Part shown: positions 10,463-22,659 of the stretch, in pieces | Numbering within the stretch: the first letter of the stretch is position 1 | How the letters are laid out: every line of letters begins with the position of its first letter | Translations under genes and position numbers: made by a program | Source of the DNA: Octopus sinensis | Lineage: Eukaryota | DNA length: 64,000 bases | Reading direction: 5' to 3' | NCBI RefSeq assembly: GCF_006345805.1 | Contig: NC_043019.1 | Coordinates: 15,127,360 to 15,191,359 of the forward strand | The notes under the pieces: generated by a model | Told to the model about the DNA's origin: nothing | Databases searched by the model: none | What the model saw: the letters and a program-made list of their open reading frames with translations, nothing else

Positions 10463-11134
10463 TTCCTACGAACAACCAAAATAAATACAGCACCTGAAAA
10501 GTATTTAGGCAGGATGGCCATATATTGGTATTGACAATATATAACCCAACGTTAGTGGCATTTTGTCTGTTTTTCACAGTGAGTACAAATTCCGCCGAGG
10601 TCAACTTTGCCTTTTATCCTTTCAGGGTTGGTAAAGTGAGTACCAGTCGAATACTAGGGTTGATGTAATCAATTTAACCTCTCTTTTGAAAATACTGGTC
10701 CTTTGCCAAAATTTGAAACCAGTATATATTCTAACAGTCTGTTTGAATATGAAGGTCTTTGACCAGTAAAACCAGGACTTGAATACCAGAGGTAGAGTAA
10801 TACGCTTTTTTAAAAAGCAGCAAAAATATCACAAAAAATCTTCAGTTTACAAATTTAATTTGTCCTTAAAGGCTGTTCATCACCTGAAATATTCATAAAC
10901 TGAAATTACTTTTTCCATAGAAAGTTCAAGAGAAGAAGTGAATTCGAGCAGGGATGTACACTGAGCCAAGACTAGGGAGCAAACAATGATCACCTGCTGA
11001 TGTTCCCAGCTTGGTGCCGGTTTCTGTGTTCGTTGCACAGGACTCCGTCCATCACTGGAAAATTTGGAAAATTGCTTATAAACCGATTCGTTCGTAATGA
11101 GAGGCATCGGTAAACTGAACTTCCAACACTCTCT

Positions 11135-11632
11135 CTTTTACTTTTTTACTTGTTTCAGTCATTTTGATTGTGGCCATGCTGGAGCACTGCTTTTTAGTCG
11201 AGCAAATCGACCGCAGGACTTATTCTTTGCAAGCCTAGTACTTATTCTATCAGCCTCTTTTGCCGAACTGCTAAGCTATGGGGACGTAAACACACCAACA
11301 TCGGTTGTCAAGTGATGTTGGGGACACACACACACACACAAACATATACACACACATACATATATATATATCATCATCATCGTTTAACGTCCGCTTTCCA
11401 TGCTAGCACGGGTTGGACGGTTTGACTGAGGACTGGTGCACCAGGCTCCAATCTTGATCTGGCAGAGTTTCTACAGCTGGATGCCCTTCACGGGCTTCTT
11501 TCAGTTTCCATCTACCAAATCCACTCACAAGGCTTTGGTCGACCCGAGGCTATAGTAGAAGACACTTGCCCAAGTTGCCACGCAGTGGGACTGAACCTGG
11601 AACCATGTGGTTGGTAGCCACTCCTGCGCCTA
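11135..11632 (-). mobile_element. SINE family A with nested RTE tail (about 11373-11488)
   Basis: Tail, body, (CA/TA) spacer, inserted CATCATCATCGTTTAACGTCC...GGATGCCCTTC, then the head. Confidence 0.85.
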
Positions 11633-11761
11633 TCATCTATTATGAAATGGTAAGGGTGCAACTGACCCCTGACCCCAGGTCAGAAGATATATTCTGATTC
11701 AGTCATCAGATGAAACAGGAATAAAATTTGATGAATCAGTATATATGTGTGCATATGTGTG

Positions 11762-11803
<42 letters not shown>

Positions 11804-12439
11804 TGTGTGTTGTGCATGAGCGTTACATAACGAACAAAAACACACACACACACACACACACTGAGGAGGCAGTATTTCAAAAGATAACAGCAAAAGCTCA
11901 ATTGCCCTAAAAAAAAGCAATAAAAAGAAAATTACTGAAACAGTGAATAATTGTGAAAAACTGTGAATAATTAACGCAGTACATTACAGAAATTAATTAC
12001 TGGTTGATGTACTTAGAAGGAAACCATCCATAAATTCTATTCATACAAGGACAGAGAGAGAGAGAGAGAGGGAGAGAGGGGGAGAGTAAGTTATGTGTGA
12101 AAGAAAAAGTCAAGTGTGATCCGACAGAGCCAAGATGTGATGTTAAGAATGTACTATTTGTGAAAAACCACAAAATGTAATGAAGTTAAAGAATTATCTA
12201 TTTATTTACGACGAGGGTAGAACACAGTAAAAGACTGTACAATGTAATGAGGTGGGCTTGGAGGGAGTTACTTGACCAGCTAGAAATAGCAGCCAAATCT
12301 GTCATCATCTCAGGGGTCAATAAAATAAGTATCAGTTACACACTGGGGTCAATGAAATCAACTATCCTCCTCTCCATAAATCTGAGCTCTTGTGCCTATA
12401 GTAGAAAGGATTATCATCATCATCATCTCTTATTATATA

Positions 12440-12660
12440 TAAAGGCAGTGAGCTGGCAGAAACGTTAGCACACCAGGCGAAATGCTACGTTCTGAGTTCA
12501 AATTCCGCCAAGGTCAACTTTGCCTTTCATCCTTTCGGGATCGATTAAATAAGTACCAGTCACGCACTGGGGTCGATGCAATCGACTTAATCTGTTTGAC
12601 TGTCCTTGTTTGTCCCCTTCTGTATCTAGCCCCTTGTGGGCAATAAAGAAATAAGAAATA
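12440..12660 (+). mobile_element. SINE family B
   Basis: GGCAGTGAGCTGGCAGAAACGTTAGC...GCCTTTCATCCTTTCGGGATCGATTAAATAAGTACCAG... Confidence 0.8.
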
Positions 12661-13229
12661 AGAATTGTTACTATTCCAGATGAAATGGTTGGCAACATTT
12701 CTTTTAGCTTGATGCTGTGAGTTCAAATGCCACAGAGGTCGACTCTACCTTTCATCCTTTTTTTTTTTTTTAGGGAACAGTGGGGGGGGGGGGATGTCAA
12801 TGAAATAAATATCAGTCGAACATTAGGGTCAATGTATGCAATCAACTAGCCCCACCCCAACGCACGTCCTCCCAAATTGCCCTTGTACATAACCAAAGAA
12901 TGGATTATATGTCAGCCTGAAAAACTATGTCAACGCAAACACTGACGTTAATTACAGTTCCCCAGCTCGTAGGATCCAACCAAAACAGACATTAAACAAT
13001 GATGGTCACACACACAAAACACCTCTGCTATTAAGTGTACTTGTTAGAATGTTATCGAATGCAAGGAGTCACAAGTGATGGAGAAGAGTACAGCGACAGC
13101 ATTAACCGGTGGAGTGTTTACCATAAAGTACATTGCCAACATCTATAAAGCCGAGGAGCGTGTTAGGAGGTTATGCAGTATTGTGTTGGTTCTGTAACAA
13201 TATATGCTCCACATTTTATCTCATAACAA

Positions 13230-13359
13230 CAGATGGTTCCTTCTCTGCTTCACACTCTCTTTCTCCCTCATACACACACACACACACAATCTCATTTGAT
13301 CACACACAACACACACCACACACACACACACACACACTCACATATGCATTCTTTGTATA

Positions 13360-13444
<85 letters not shown>

Positions 13445-13640
13445 CACACATACACACAGTCTTTGTCTCTCTCTCTCAGTAGATCACATACACATACATA
13501 CACTCACACTTACAATCTCTCTCATCCGATTACACACACACACACACTTTCTTTGTATCACTCTCCCTCTCATACACACAATCTTTCTCTCTCACCTTCC
13601 TCTCTCTCCCTTCCTCTCTCTCCCTCTCTTTCTCTCTCAC
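13230..13640. repeat. Compound (CA)n/(CT)n microsatellite
   Basis: Directly visible. It is the source of the spurious ORFs 13133-13699 and 13233-13673. Confidence 0.95.
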
Positions 13641-13768
13641 CACATGACACACCTACATACAGTGTCTGTATGACTGTGTCTATGTACTTACATACGTGAT
13701 AGCATATGTATGTGTCTACAAGCTGTTTTGTAAGTGTTTATGTTTATCTGTGTATGCGTATGTACATC

Positions 13769-13803
<35 letters not shown>

Positions 13804-13993
13804 GTGTGTGTGTGAATCTGCTCTAAGCATTTCTGCCACAGTATAGTGTGTGTGTATGTGTCACAGCAGGGTATATATGTGAGTGCATGTGTGTGTGTGT
13901 GTGTGTGACTGTGTGTATCAACACATATGCGTATGTGACATTGGTGTGGTTGTATACACCCAGGCAGCTCACAGCTGAACTTCAATGTGTATA

Positions 13994-14210
13994 CGAGGGA
14001 GGTGCTGAAAAGTTCCTGGCTTTAAGAGTGTCGCAAAAGGCTTGGTTGGAGGCCCAACCTTCCGAGTTCTTATACAGGGTTTAGAAAAACTGAAGGGTCG
14101 CTGCAATAAGTGTGTGAATCTGAGAGGGGAATATGTTGGATACAATCGTAATTCAATGATCCTCCTGTATTTTCTTTTACCCAAAGCCAGGAACTTTTCA
14201 GTGACCCTCG
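13994..14210 (+). mobile_element. Mariner MITE (internal deletion derivative, 217 bp)
   Basis: TA|CGAGGGAGGTGCTGAAAAGTTCCTGGCTTT ... AAAGCCAGGAACTTTTCAGTGACCCTCG|TG. Internal IQGLEKLKGRCNKCVNLRGEYV resembles the mariner extreme C-terminus. Confidence 0.85.
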
Positions 14211-14218
14211 TGTACACA

Positions 14219-14251
<33 letters not shown>

Positions 14252-14311
14252 GGTTTCACTTCCAATACTTTCACTATGTATATCTGTTAATAGTTTCAGT
14301 TCTATTAGTTT

Positions 14312-14345
<34 letters not shown>

Positions 14346-14644
14346 GTATGTTTATGTATATGTATATATATATATGTATGCATATGTATGTGTATATGTA
14401 TATATATTTATGTGTGTGTATTTGTGTCTGTGTTTGTCCCCCCACCATCACTTGACAACCGATGTTGATGTGTTTACGATCCCATAACTTACCAGTTCGG
14501 CAAAAGACACTGATAGAATAAGCACTAGACTTAAAACAATAAGTCCTGGCATCGATTCATTCAACTAAAGGTGGTGCTTCAGTATGGCCACAGTTACATG
14601 ACGGAAACACTATGCCATCTTAATCCCAAGCAACGCTGGGTTCT

Positions 14645-14713
14645 CTGCTAATATATATATACATACTATATATATAGACTATATATATATATATACTATA
14701 TATATATATATAC

Positions 14714-14764
<51 letters not shown>

Positions 14765-14771
14765 CATATAT

Positions 14772-14847
<76 letters not shown>

Positions 14848-14854
14848 CATATAT

Positions 14855-14885
<31 letters not shown>

Positions 14886-15036
14886 TACATATTATACATA
14901 TATACATCATATATATATATACACATATCATATATACACACTATATACATACATATATATATATACATCATCATCATCATCATCATCATCGTTTAGCGTC
15001 CGTTTTCCATGCTAGCATGGGTTATATATAGATATA

Positions 15037-15069
<33 letters not shown>

Positions 15070-15140
15070 ACATCTATACATATATACATACATATATATA
15101 TATATATAATACATCTATACATATATACATACATATAATA

Positions 15141-15180
<40 letters not shown>
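14645..15180. repeat. (TA)n/(TACA)n microsatellite field
   Basis: Directly visible. A short RTE-tail stub sits at about 14965-15022. Confidence 0.95.
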
Positions 15181-15672
15181 TACAATGTGGACAAACAGAT
15201 CTACAAACAAACTCCACTGTGAAATCCTATTGAAGCTGATTGTAGAAGTCCTGCCAACCACCCCACCCCATCCCTCCATCCTTCTACGTGTGAAGAGTTC
15301 AAACAGTTGATAGGGACCAGCTGTTTATGAAAAATTTACAACAAATGAACTTTACTTAACATTACTAACTTAAGCTATTTCACTTATCTGAAGGAAAACA
15401 AAATGAAAAAGAAAAAGACAAGAAAAAGGATAAAATACTGCCATGAAATAAAATGAATGTGTGTTTTTTTTAAATATGCAGAAGTGATTCTCTCCCTTTG
15501 AAGAGTAAAATTAATCGGAGGTAAATCACATGCTCAACCTTTTTAATAACTTCCTTAACACTACGAATAAATGCATGAAATTTTTGATACAACATGAAGG
15601 ACATAATGGAAATTAATCTGCACAAGTCAAATTTTGCAACACCACTACATCACAAATGGAAAAAGACAATGC

Positions 15673-16105
15673 TTAAATGGCAGCCATTTTTGTCTTCACA
15701 CACCCATGCTCTTTCCAAAGCTTGCACCATAACTCCCTCAAGAGTTCAGACCCCACTTCTCTGATTTCTCTGTCGATGTTCTCCTTCAATTGCACAAGGG
15801 TCTCTGGTCTGTTGATGTAAACCCTCTCTTTCAGGTATCCCCCACAAGGAAAAAAATCCGGGCTAGTCAAGTCTGGGGAACGTGAAGGCCAGTTGACATT
15901 GCCGTTGTGGGAGATTATTCTCTCTCCAAAGCATTGCCATAGCAACTGCATTGTTTCTCTTGCGGTATGACCAGTTGCCCCATCATGCTGGATCCATGTG
16001 TAAGGTCTACTTTGAATGGCCGGGTGCAAAAGGGTCTCAATCACAGATACCTGAAAGAGAGGGTTTACATCAACAAACCAGAGACCCTTGTGCAACTGAA
16101 GAACG
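15673..16105 (-). pseudogene. Tc1/mariner DD41D-type (rosa/VS-like) transposase remnant
   Basis: WIQHDGATGHTARETMQLL...WPSRSPDLTSPDFF..GYLKERVY. There are 41 residues between the D of QHDG and the D of SPDLTSPD. Confidence 0.85.
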
Positions 16106-16241
16106 TTAAATGTCCATATATCAACATGTGTTGATATATGGACAATTAAGGTGGTTTTAGAGTCAGATCATGGCTACTATTTTCAGCATGGTGGTATCTC
16201 GTAGATACCCTAATTTATAATTTTATATATATATATATATA

Positions 16242-16628
16242 GCGCAGGAGTGGCTGTGTGGTAAGTAGCTTGCTTACCAACCACATGGTTCCGGGTTCAG
16301 TCCCACTGCGTGGCACCTTGGGCAAGTGTTTTCTACTATAGCCTCGGGCCGACCAAAGCCTGGTGAGTGGATTTGGTGGATGGAAACTGAAAGAAGCCCG
16401 TCGTATATATGTATATATATGTATGTATGTGCATGTATGTTTGTGTGTCTGTGTTTGTCCCCCTAGCATTGCTTGACCACTGATGCTGGTGTGTTTATGT
16501 CCCTGTCACTTAGCAGTTCGGCAAAAGAGACCGATAAAATAAGTACTGGGCTTGACTAAAGGTGGTGCTCCAGCATGGCCGCAGTCAAATGACTGAAACA
16601 AGTAAGAGAGTAAAAGAGTAAAAGAGTA
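16242..16628 (+). mobile_element. Full-length SINE family A
   Basis: Box A-like TGGCTGTGTGG, box B-like GGTTCAGTCCC, internal (TA/TG)n, and tail (GTAAAAGA)n. Confidence 0.9.
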
Positions 16629-16641
16629 ATAATATAATAAT

Positions 16642-16676
<35 letters not shown>

Positions 16677-17384
16677 CTATATACACAGATGATATAGATA
16701 TATATATAGATAGACAGACAGACAGACTGCACCACACAAGAGGCCTCTTTCACTGCCACCTACCAAATCCCCTCACAATGTGTTGATCAACCTGAGGCTA
16801 AAGTAAAAGACATTTGCCCAATGTACCATGCTGTAGAACTGAACCTGGAACCACTTGGTTGGAAAACAAACTTTTTAAATACACAGCCATGCCTGGAAGC
16901 AGCATAATGGATATATGTGGTGCATTTAATTATGACTAAATTCTCTGAAAGCATCAAGGATAGGCTGAAATCAAGAAATGAGCAGCCATTCTTGTGTGTC
17001 ATTTCTTTTACTTAGAAAATCATGAAAAATTCTCAAAACTTAGGATGATGGAAAGTTCTGGGATGGGGATGATGGAAAGTTCTGGGATGGGGATGTTTAC
17101 TTAGTCAAAGAAGGAAGGCCAGTATCTTACAACTTTTTTGCCAGATTTCCAAGATTGTTGAGGAAAATTGGGAGAGCCTACATGACTCACACGTAATTTC
17201 TAAAAGCGAAGAATTTGCGCCAAGTGCTTGCACAAAAGTGGTTTTTGCAAATGGCACTGAAGAGTCAAAGGGTGATGCTGAATCAGAAGACAAAGACTAC
17301 AACAAAACAAAAAGTACAATCCATTCGGCAGGATTCCACACAGTTTCCTTTTTACCAAATAATACTCACACGATCTGCGCTGAC

Positions 17385-17860
17385 CTTTTATCTTTGACTG
17401 TGTGGCCATGCTGGAGCACTGTCCTGAAGGGTTTAGTTAAATGATTTGAGCCCAGTACTTAGTTGTAAGTTTGATACAAAACTGCTAAATTATGGAGACA
17501 TAAACAAACCAACGTCAGCTGTCAACCACTGGCAGAGGACAAACACAACCACATACATATATATGTGTGTATATAAGTATAAATGCATATAAGCATATAT
17601 CATCATCATCATTGTTTAACATCCGTTTTCCGTGCTAGCATGGGTTAGATGGTTCGACGGGGATCTGGGAAGCCAGGATGCTGCACCAGGCTCCAGTCTG
17701 ATCTGGCAGTGTTTCTACAGCTGTTTCTGTTAGCTTCACTCACAAGGCACTAGATGGCCTGGGGCTAAAGAAGACACTTGCCCAAAGTGCTGTGTTGTGG
17801 GACTGAACCTGAAACAGCATGGTTGCAAAGCAACGTTCTTAACCACACAGCCATGTCTCC
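17385..17860 (-). mobile_element. Decayed SINE family A with nested RTE tail (about 17600-17725)
   Basis: Tail half, microsatellite, RTE tail and head half are present in order. Confidence 0.7.
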
Positions 17861-18373
17861 ACTTAGCTTCATAACCACAGGTCTTCTTCAACGGCCATTT
17901 TTAATTCCATGCTTACCCTCATTAAACTGAAAATAACAATTCTGTTTGCTGCTCTGTGTTTTGTCTCGCTCTGGTATGGACATGAGAAATTTGAGAAAGG
18001 TTGATGGAAATATTTCATGAAGGAGTGAACTAATTAGTGAGAGAGGATCATTTGCAATTAATGAGAAATTAAAACAAAACTGACACAACCAACCATTTAC
18101 CATCATTAAACAATGATATTGAAATACACGTTACTGTCTGTAGAATTAGATTAATTTATGTGCTAATAACAAATCTATCTCTATACATATATATATATAT
18201 ATATATATATATTATGTGAAATAGAAAGATGAATAATCTTGTAGTAGATTAATCAAAAGTTTAACCGATACCTTAGTAGCAAAAATCACAGCAGTGAACA
18301 GCACGGTTGGAGGTACAACCATCTGGCGTTGCAACCGTGCGTTGGTGCGGATAATTGAAATTAAAACATTATT

Positions 18374-18474
18374 GGTGAATTGAAGAAATGGAGCTGAACG
18401 CAGATTGAACAGAAATCGTTTTATGTTCAAACGATTTCTGTTCAATCTGCGTTCAGCTCCATTTCTTCAATTCA

Positions 18475-18476
<2 letters not shown>
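18374..18476. repeat. Perfect 48-bp inverted repeat with 7-nt loop
   Basis: GGTGAATTGAAGAAATGGAGCTGAACGCAGATTGAACAGAAATCGTTT-tatgttc-followed by the exact reverse complement. Confidence 0.97.
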
Positions 18477-18534
<58 letters not shown>

Positions 18535-18550
18535 TGTATGTATGTATATA

Positions 18551-18622
<72 letters not shown>

Positions 18623-18925
18623 CATGGCTGTGTGATATGAAGTTTACTTCCTTGTTATATGATTCCAGGTTCAGTTTCACTGTGAAGCACCTTGGACAAG
18701 TGCCTTCCTACTACAGCCCCCAGGCTGATCTTGTGAGCAGATATGGTAAACAGAAACTGAAAGGAGCCCATCATAAATGTGTGTGTGTGTATGCACCCTT
18801 GTTTTGACACATCATGTGATTGTTGTAAACAAGCATCACTTTCATACAAGCAGGGTTGTTCATTTCCAGTCTTTCCCTGATAAACATGTCTAGCTATAAG
18901 GAAACATTACTTTGCTTGAAAATAC

Positions 18926-18958
<33 letters not shown>

Positions 18959-19338
18959 CCTTATACACACACATACACATATATATACATACATACATAC
19001 ATACATACATACACAACACAAACACACATAAACACACACATCATCATCGTTTAGCGTCCGTTTTCCATGCTGGCATGGGTTTGACACACACACACACATA
19101 TATACATACATACACAGCACAAACACACACATATTCCTTATTCACACACACACACACATATACACATATATATATGCACACACACAAAAATACACATACA
19201 AACATACATAAGTACATAACCATATATGTGAGTGTTGATACATATGTACTCACACACACACACGCACACACATAGATGGGTGGGTAGGTAGGTAGGTAGG
19301 TAGGTAGGTAGATGGATAGATAGATAGATAGGCAGATG

Positions 19339-19376
<38 letters not shown>

Positions 19377-19927
19377 GAGAGAGAGGGAGAGAAAGAGAGA
19401 GAGAGACTAAGACTCAGAGAAATAGTGAGAAATGGGTCATCATTTGAAGACAACCGGAGATTGACCATTGAAAATGTAGCATGAATCAAGCATGTGTGTA
19501 GCGTAATGGCCAAGAATATGGAAGATTGGCTAATTAGTCGGGTGTATAGATGAAGAAAAAACTAACCTATATTTCCTGTTCAGCTTACTCATTAAGGTTA
19601 ATTTTCCAGAAATAGACATTTTTTAAGAGGTGAAAACAGTGGAAGAGATACGTTATCAACATCACAAAAAGTCATGGCTGGTGATTCTATATCCACGACA
19701 AGTATTTCAATCTATTCTCATGGGAAGGATAATTAATTTGATTTCAATAAATGGACACAGTCGCAGGCGTGGCTGTGCGGTAAGGAGCTTGCTTCCTGAC
19801 CACACGGTCCTGGGTTCAGTCCCACCTTGCGCAAGTGTCCTCTACAATATATAGTATTGGGCTGACCAAAGCCTTGGGAGTGGATCTGGCAGACAGAGAC
19901 TGAAAGAAGCGTATTGTGTATATATAT

Positions 19928-20710
19928 CATCATCATCATCATCATCATCATCATTTAACGTCCGCTTTCCATGCTAGCATGGGTTGGACGGTTCAACTGG
20001 GGTCTGGGGAGCCCGAAGGCTGCACCAGGCCAGTCAGATCTGGCAGTGTTTCTACAGCTGGATGCCCTTCCTAACGCCAACCACTCCGAGAGTGTAGTGG
20101 GTGATTTTATGTGCCACCGACACAGGTGCCAGACGAGGCTGGCGAACGGCCACGCTCGGATGGTGTTTTTATGTGCCACCGACACAGGTGCCAGATGAGG
20201 CTGGCGAACAACCATGATCGGATGGTGTTTGTTACGTGCCCACAGCACGGAGGCCAGTCGATGCGGTACTGGCTACGGCCACATTCGGATGGTTTTCTTG
20301 TGTGCCACCGGCACTGGTACCACAAAGATACAAATTCCATTGATGTTCATCTATTTTGATTTGATTTGATTTTCACTTGCCTCAACAGGTCTTCACAAGT
20401 GTCACAAGAAGGAAGGTATGTACAGGTGGACTGACTACGTCCCAGGTAGGGGCCACGGGTTATGGCCTGACTAGTCTTGCCGGGTCTTCGGATGGTGTTT
20501 TTATGTGCCACCGACACAGGTGCCAGATGAGGCTGGCGAACGGCCACGATCGGATGGTGTTTGTTACGTGCCCACAGCACAGAGGCCAGTCGATGCGGTA
20601 CTGGCTACGGCCACGTTCGGATGGTCTTCTTGTGTGCCACCGGCACTGGTACCACATTGATACAAATTCCATTGATGTTCATCTATTTTGATTTGTTTTG
20701 ATTTGATATA
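19928..20710 (-). mobile_element. Longest RTE-like 3' fragment in the window, with internal repeats and a 210-bp duplication
   Basis: (GAT)n tail at 19928-19953, units of about 62 bp, and 20156-20363 repeated at 20488-20695. Confidence 0.75.
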
Positions 20711-20711
20711 T

Positions 20712-20892
20712 AAAGGGAAAGTTTACGAAAAAAACAAAAGACGAAGGCAGGTGGTGTAACAAAACAAACAGATGTATTAGTATAACACTCAGGAATAGAA
20801 AAAGTCTTTTACATTTCGAGCCTACGCTCTTCTACAGAGAGGGACACAGAAAAAAACAAGGAGAGAAACAAGTGTAGTGGCTAACGATCTAT
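20712..20892 (-). mobile_element. Hammerhead-like short repeat, copy 2 (same family as 6349-6548)
   Basis: Minus strand 20841-20806 reads CTCT-CTGTAGA-A-GAGC-gtag-GCTC-GAA-ATGT-A-AAAG. Confidence 0.65.
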
Positions 20893-21649
20893 ATATATAT
20901 ATGTATGTATATATGTTTGTGTGTCTGTGTTTGTCCTCCAACTGTTGCTTGACAACTGATGTTAGTGTGTTTATGGCAAAAGACACCAATAGAATAAGTA
21001 CAAGGCTTACAAAGAATAAGTCTTGGAGTCGATTTGCTTGACTAAAGGTGGTGCTCCAGCATGGCCACAGTCAAATGACTGAAACAAATAAAAGAAGAAT
21101 GTAGATGCAGGAGTGTCTGTGTGGTAATAGCTTTGCTTCCTAAATACATGGTTCTGGGTTCAGTCCCACCATGTGGCACTTGGGGCAAGTGTCCCCTGCT
21201 ATGGCCTCTACTAGATGGTGGTTGGCATTAGGAAGGGCATCCAGCTGCAAAAACCATGCCAAAACAGACACAGAGGCCTGGTGCAGTCTTCTGCCTGGTC
21301 AGCTCCTGTCAAACCGTCCAACACATGCCCGCATGGAAGACAGATGTTTATGGTGATGATGATGATGATGGTGATGATGGTGATGATGATGATGATGGTG
21401 ATGATGGTGATGATGATGATGGTGGTGATGATGAATACTCTATCAAACATTAAGCTTATTTATCCATATTGCTTTGAATTAATCATGCATTATATCTTAT
21501 CGCTTTGAGATTTCGATGATGTGGCTGTTTATTTTTAGACTGACATTGTAGAGTAGGTGTGAGAAGCAGGATCTGGCCAGTAATACTGGGGCCAGGAACG
21601 GCCAGTTTAAATGCTGAAGGGTTAAACAAACACACACTGGACTCAAGTA

Positions 21650-22185
21650 AGTGAGGCAGCTTTTATTTGGTAACTGGATCTGATAGAAATGGCAGCCAAT
21701 TCTTCCTCAGATCGCACCCTAAAGTCTTATGTATGCAAGTATGTATGAGTCAATGCAAGAGGTCCATAACTGGTAGCTAGACTTACCAAAAATAGCAGCC
21801 AAATTTCCCTCAAACCACACTCTACTGTTTTGTGTATCCTTATATGTATATATGAGTCACTGAAGGAGCTAAATTTGATAGATATAGCAACTAAATCTCC
21901 CTAAAAACACACCTTACTGACAGGTGTATGCATGAGTCAGTGAGGGAGACCTCTATGGTAGTGAGATTTGCTAGAAATAGCAGTCAAATCTCCCTCATAT
22001 CAAACCTTCCCTTCTCAGGTATCTATGTATGAGTCAACAAACATCTCTACATAGTGGCTAGACTTAATAGAAATAGCAGCTAATGGTCCCTCAAATCAAT
22101 ACTGTCTTTTTTTATCTATATACAAGTCAATGAGAGAGTGATCTACATGACAGCTAGACTTGATAATAACACAGCTAAATCTCTT
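21650..22185 (+). repeat. Degenerate tandem array (about 80-105 bp units) of the CTAGAAATAGCAGCCAAAT repeat core
   Basis: ATGAGTCA...GCTAGA...AAATAGCAGC(C/T)AAAT(C/T)TCCCTCA recurs about six times. Single copies occur near 7710, 12280, 25240, 25500, 46370, 53110, 54330, 57810 and 58160. Confidence 0.7.
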
Positions 22186-22659
22186 TTGCTGAGCCGTTCA
22201 GTTACAAGGATGTAAACGCACCAACACTAGCTGTCAAGTGGTAGTGGAGGACAAACACACACACATACACATATATATATATACATGATGGGCTTCTTTC
22301 AGTTTCCATCTATCAAATCAACTCACAAAGCTTTGGTCAGCCCAAGCCTATAGTAGAAGACATTTGCCAAAGGTGCCACGCAGTGGGACCGAACCAGGAA
22401 CCATGTGGTTGGGAAGCAAATATGTACACACACTAAGGTATATACCAGTGTAGGATGGTAAAAGTGTTAGTGCACAGAATGAAAATACCTTATGGTACTT
22501 TAATCCATGTTAGGTACCTCACTTGAAACAGTCCCCTGAAAAGCCTTACAAAATTTGAGAGCGGAAGACTGAGCAGAACCCTATCAAATACGTGTGTGTG
22601 TTTGCATTTGTGTGTATGTACACATATGTGTATGTGTATATGTATGCATGCACATACAC

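Larger units (their letters stand above)
19760..21095 (+). mobile_element. SINE family A split by two insertions in its internal microsatellite
   Basis: Head at 19760-19915 and 3' half at 20905-21095. An RTE fragment and the hammerhead-like repeat lie between them. Confidence 0.75.

Noticed and set aside
9964-10497. ORFs with 23-aa perfect repeats
   Set aside because: They arise from the 69-bp tandem array and are open in several frames and on both strands.
10880-11107. Minus-strand ORF MPLITNESVYKQFSKF... with CAG|GTGATC
   Set aside because: It has no recognisable homology and is within chance expectation for unique DNA.
13045-13200. Candidate exon NVIECKESQVMEKSTATALTGGVFTIKYIANIYKAEERVRR
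   Set aside because: It is short, the splice signals are weak, and no homology was recognised.
16242-16320. tRNA genes at SINE heads (also 26668, 43566 and 56097)
   Set aside because: Box A/B-like motifs are present, but no complete cloverleaf could be drawn and each continues into a repeat body.
17044-17095. 24-bp direct duplication; also 15-bp repeats at 52370-52455
   Set aside because: Ordinary slippage duplications with no further structure.
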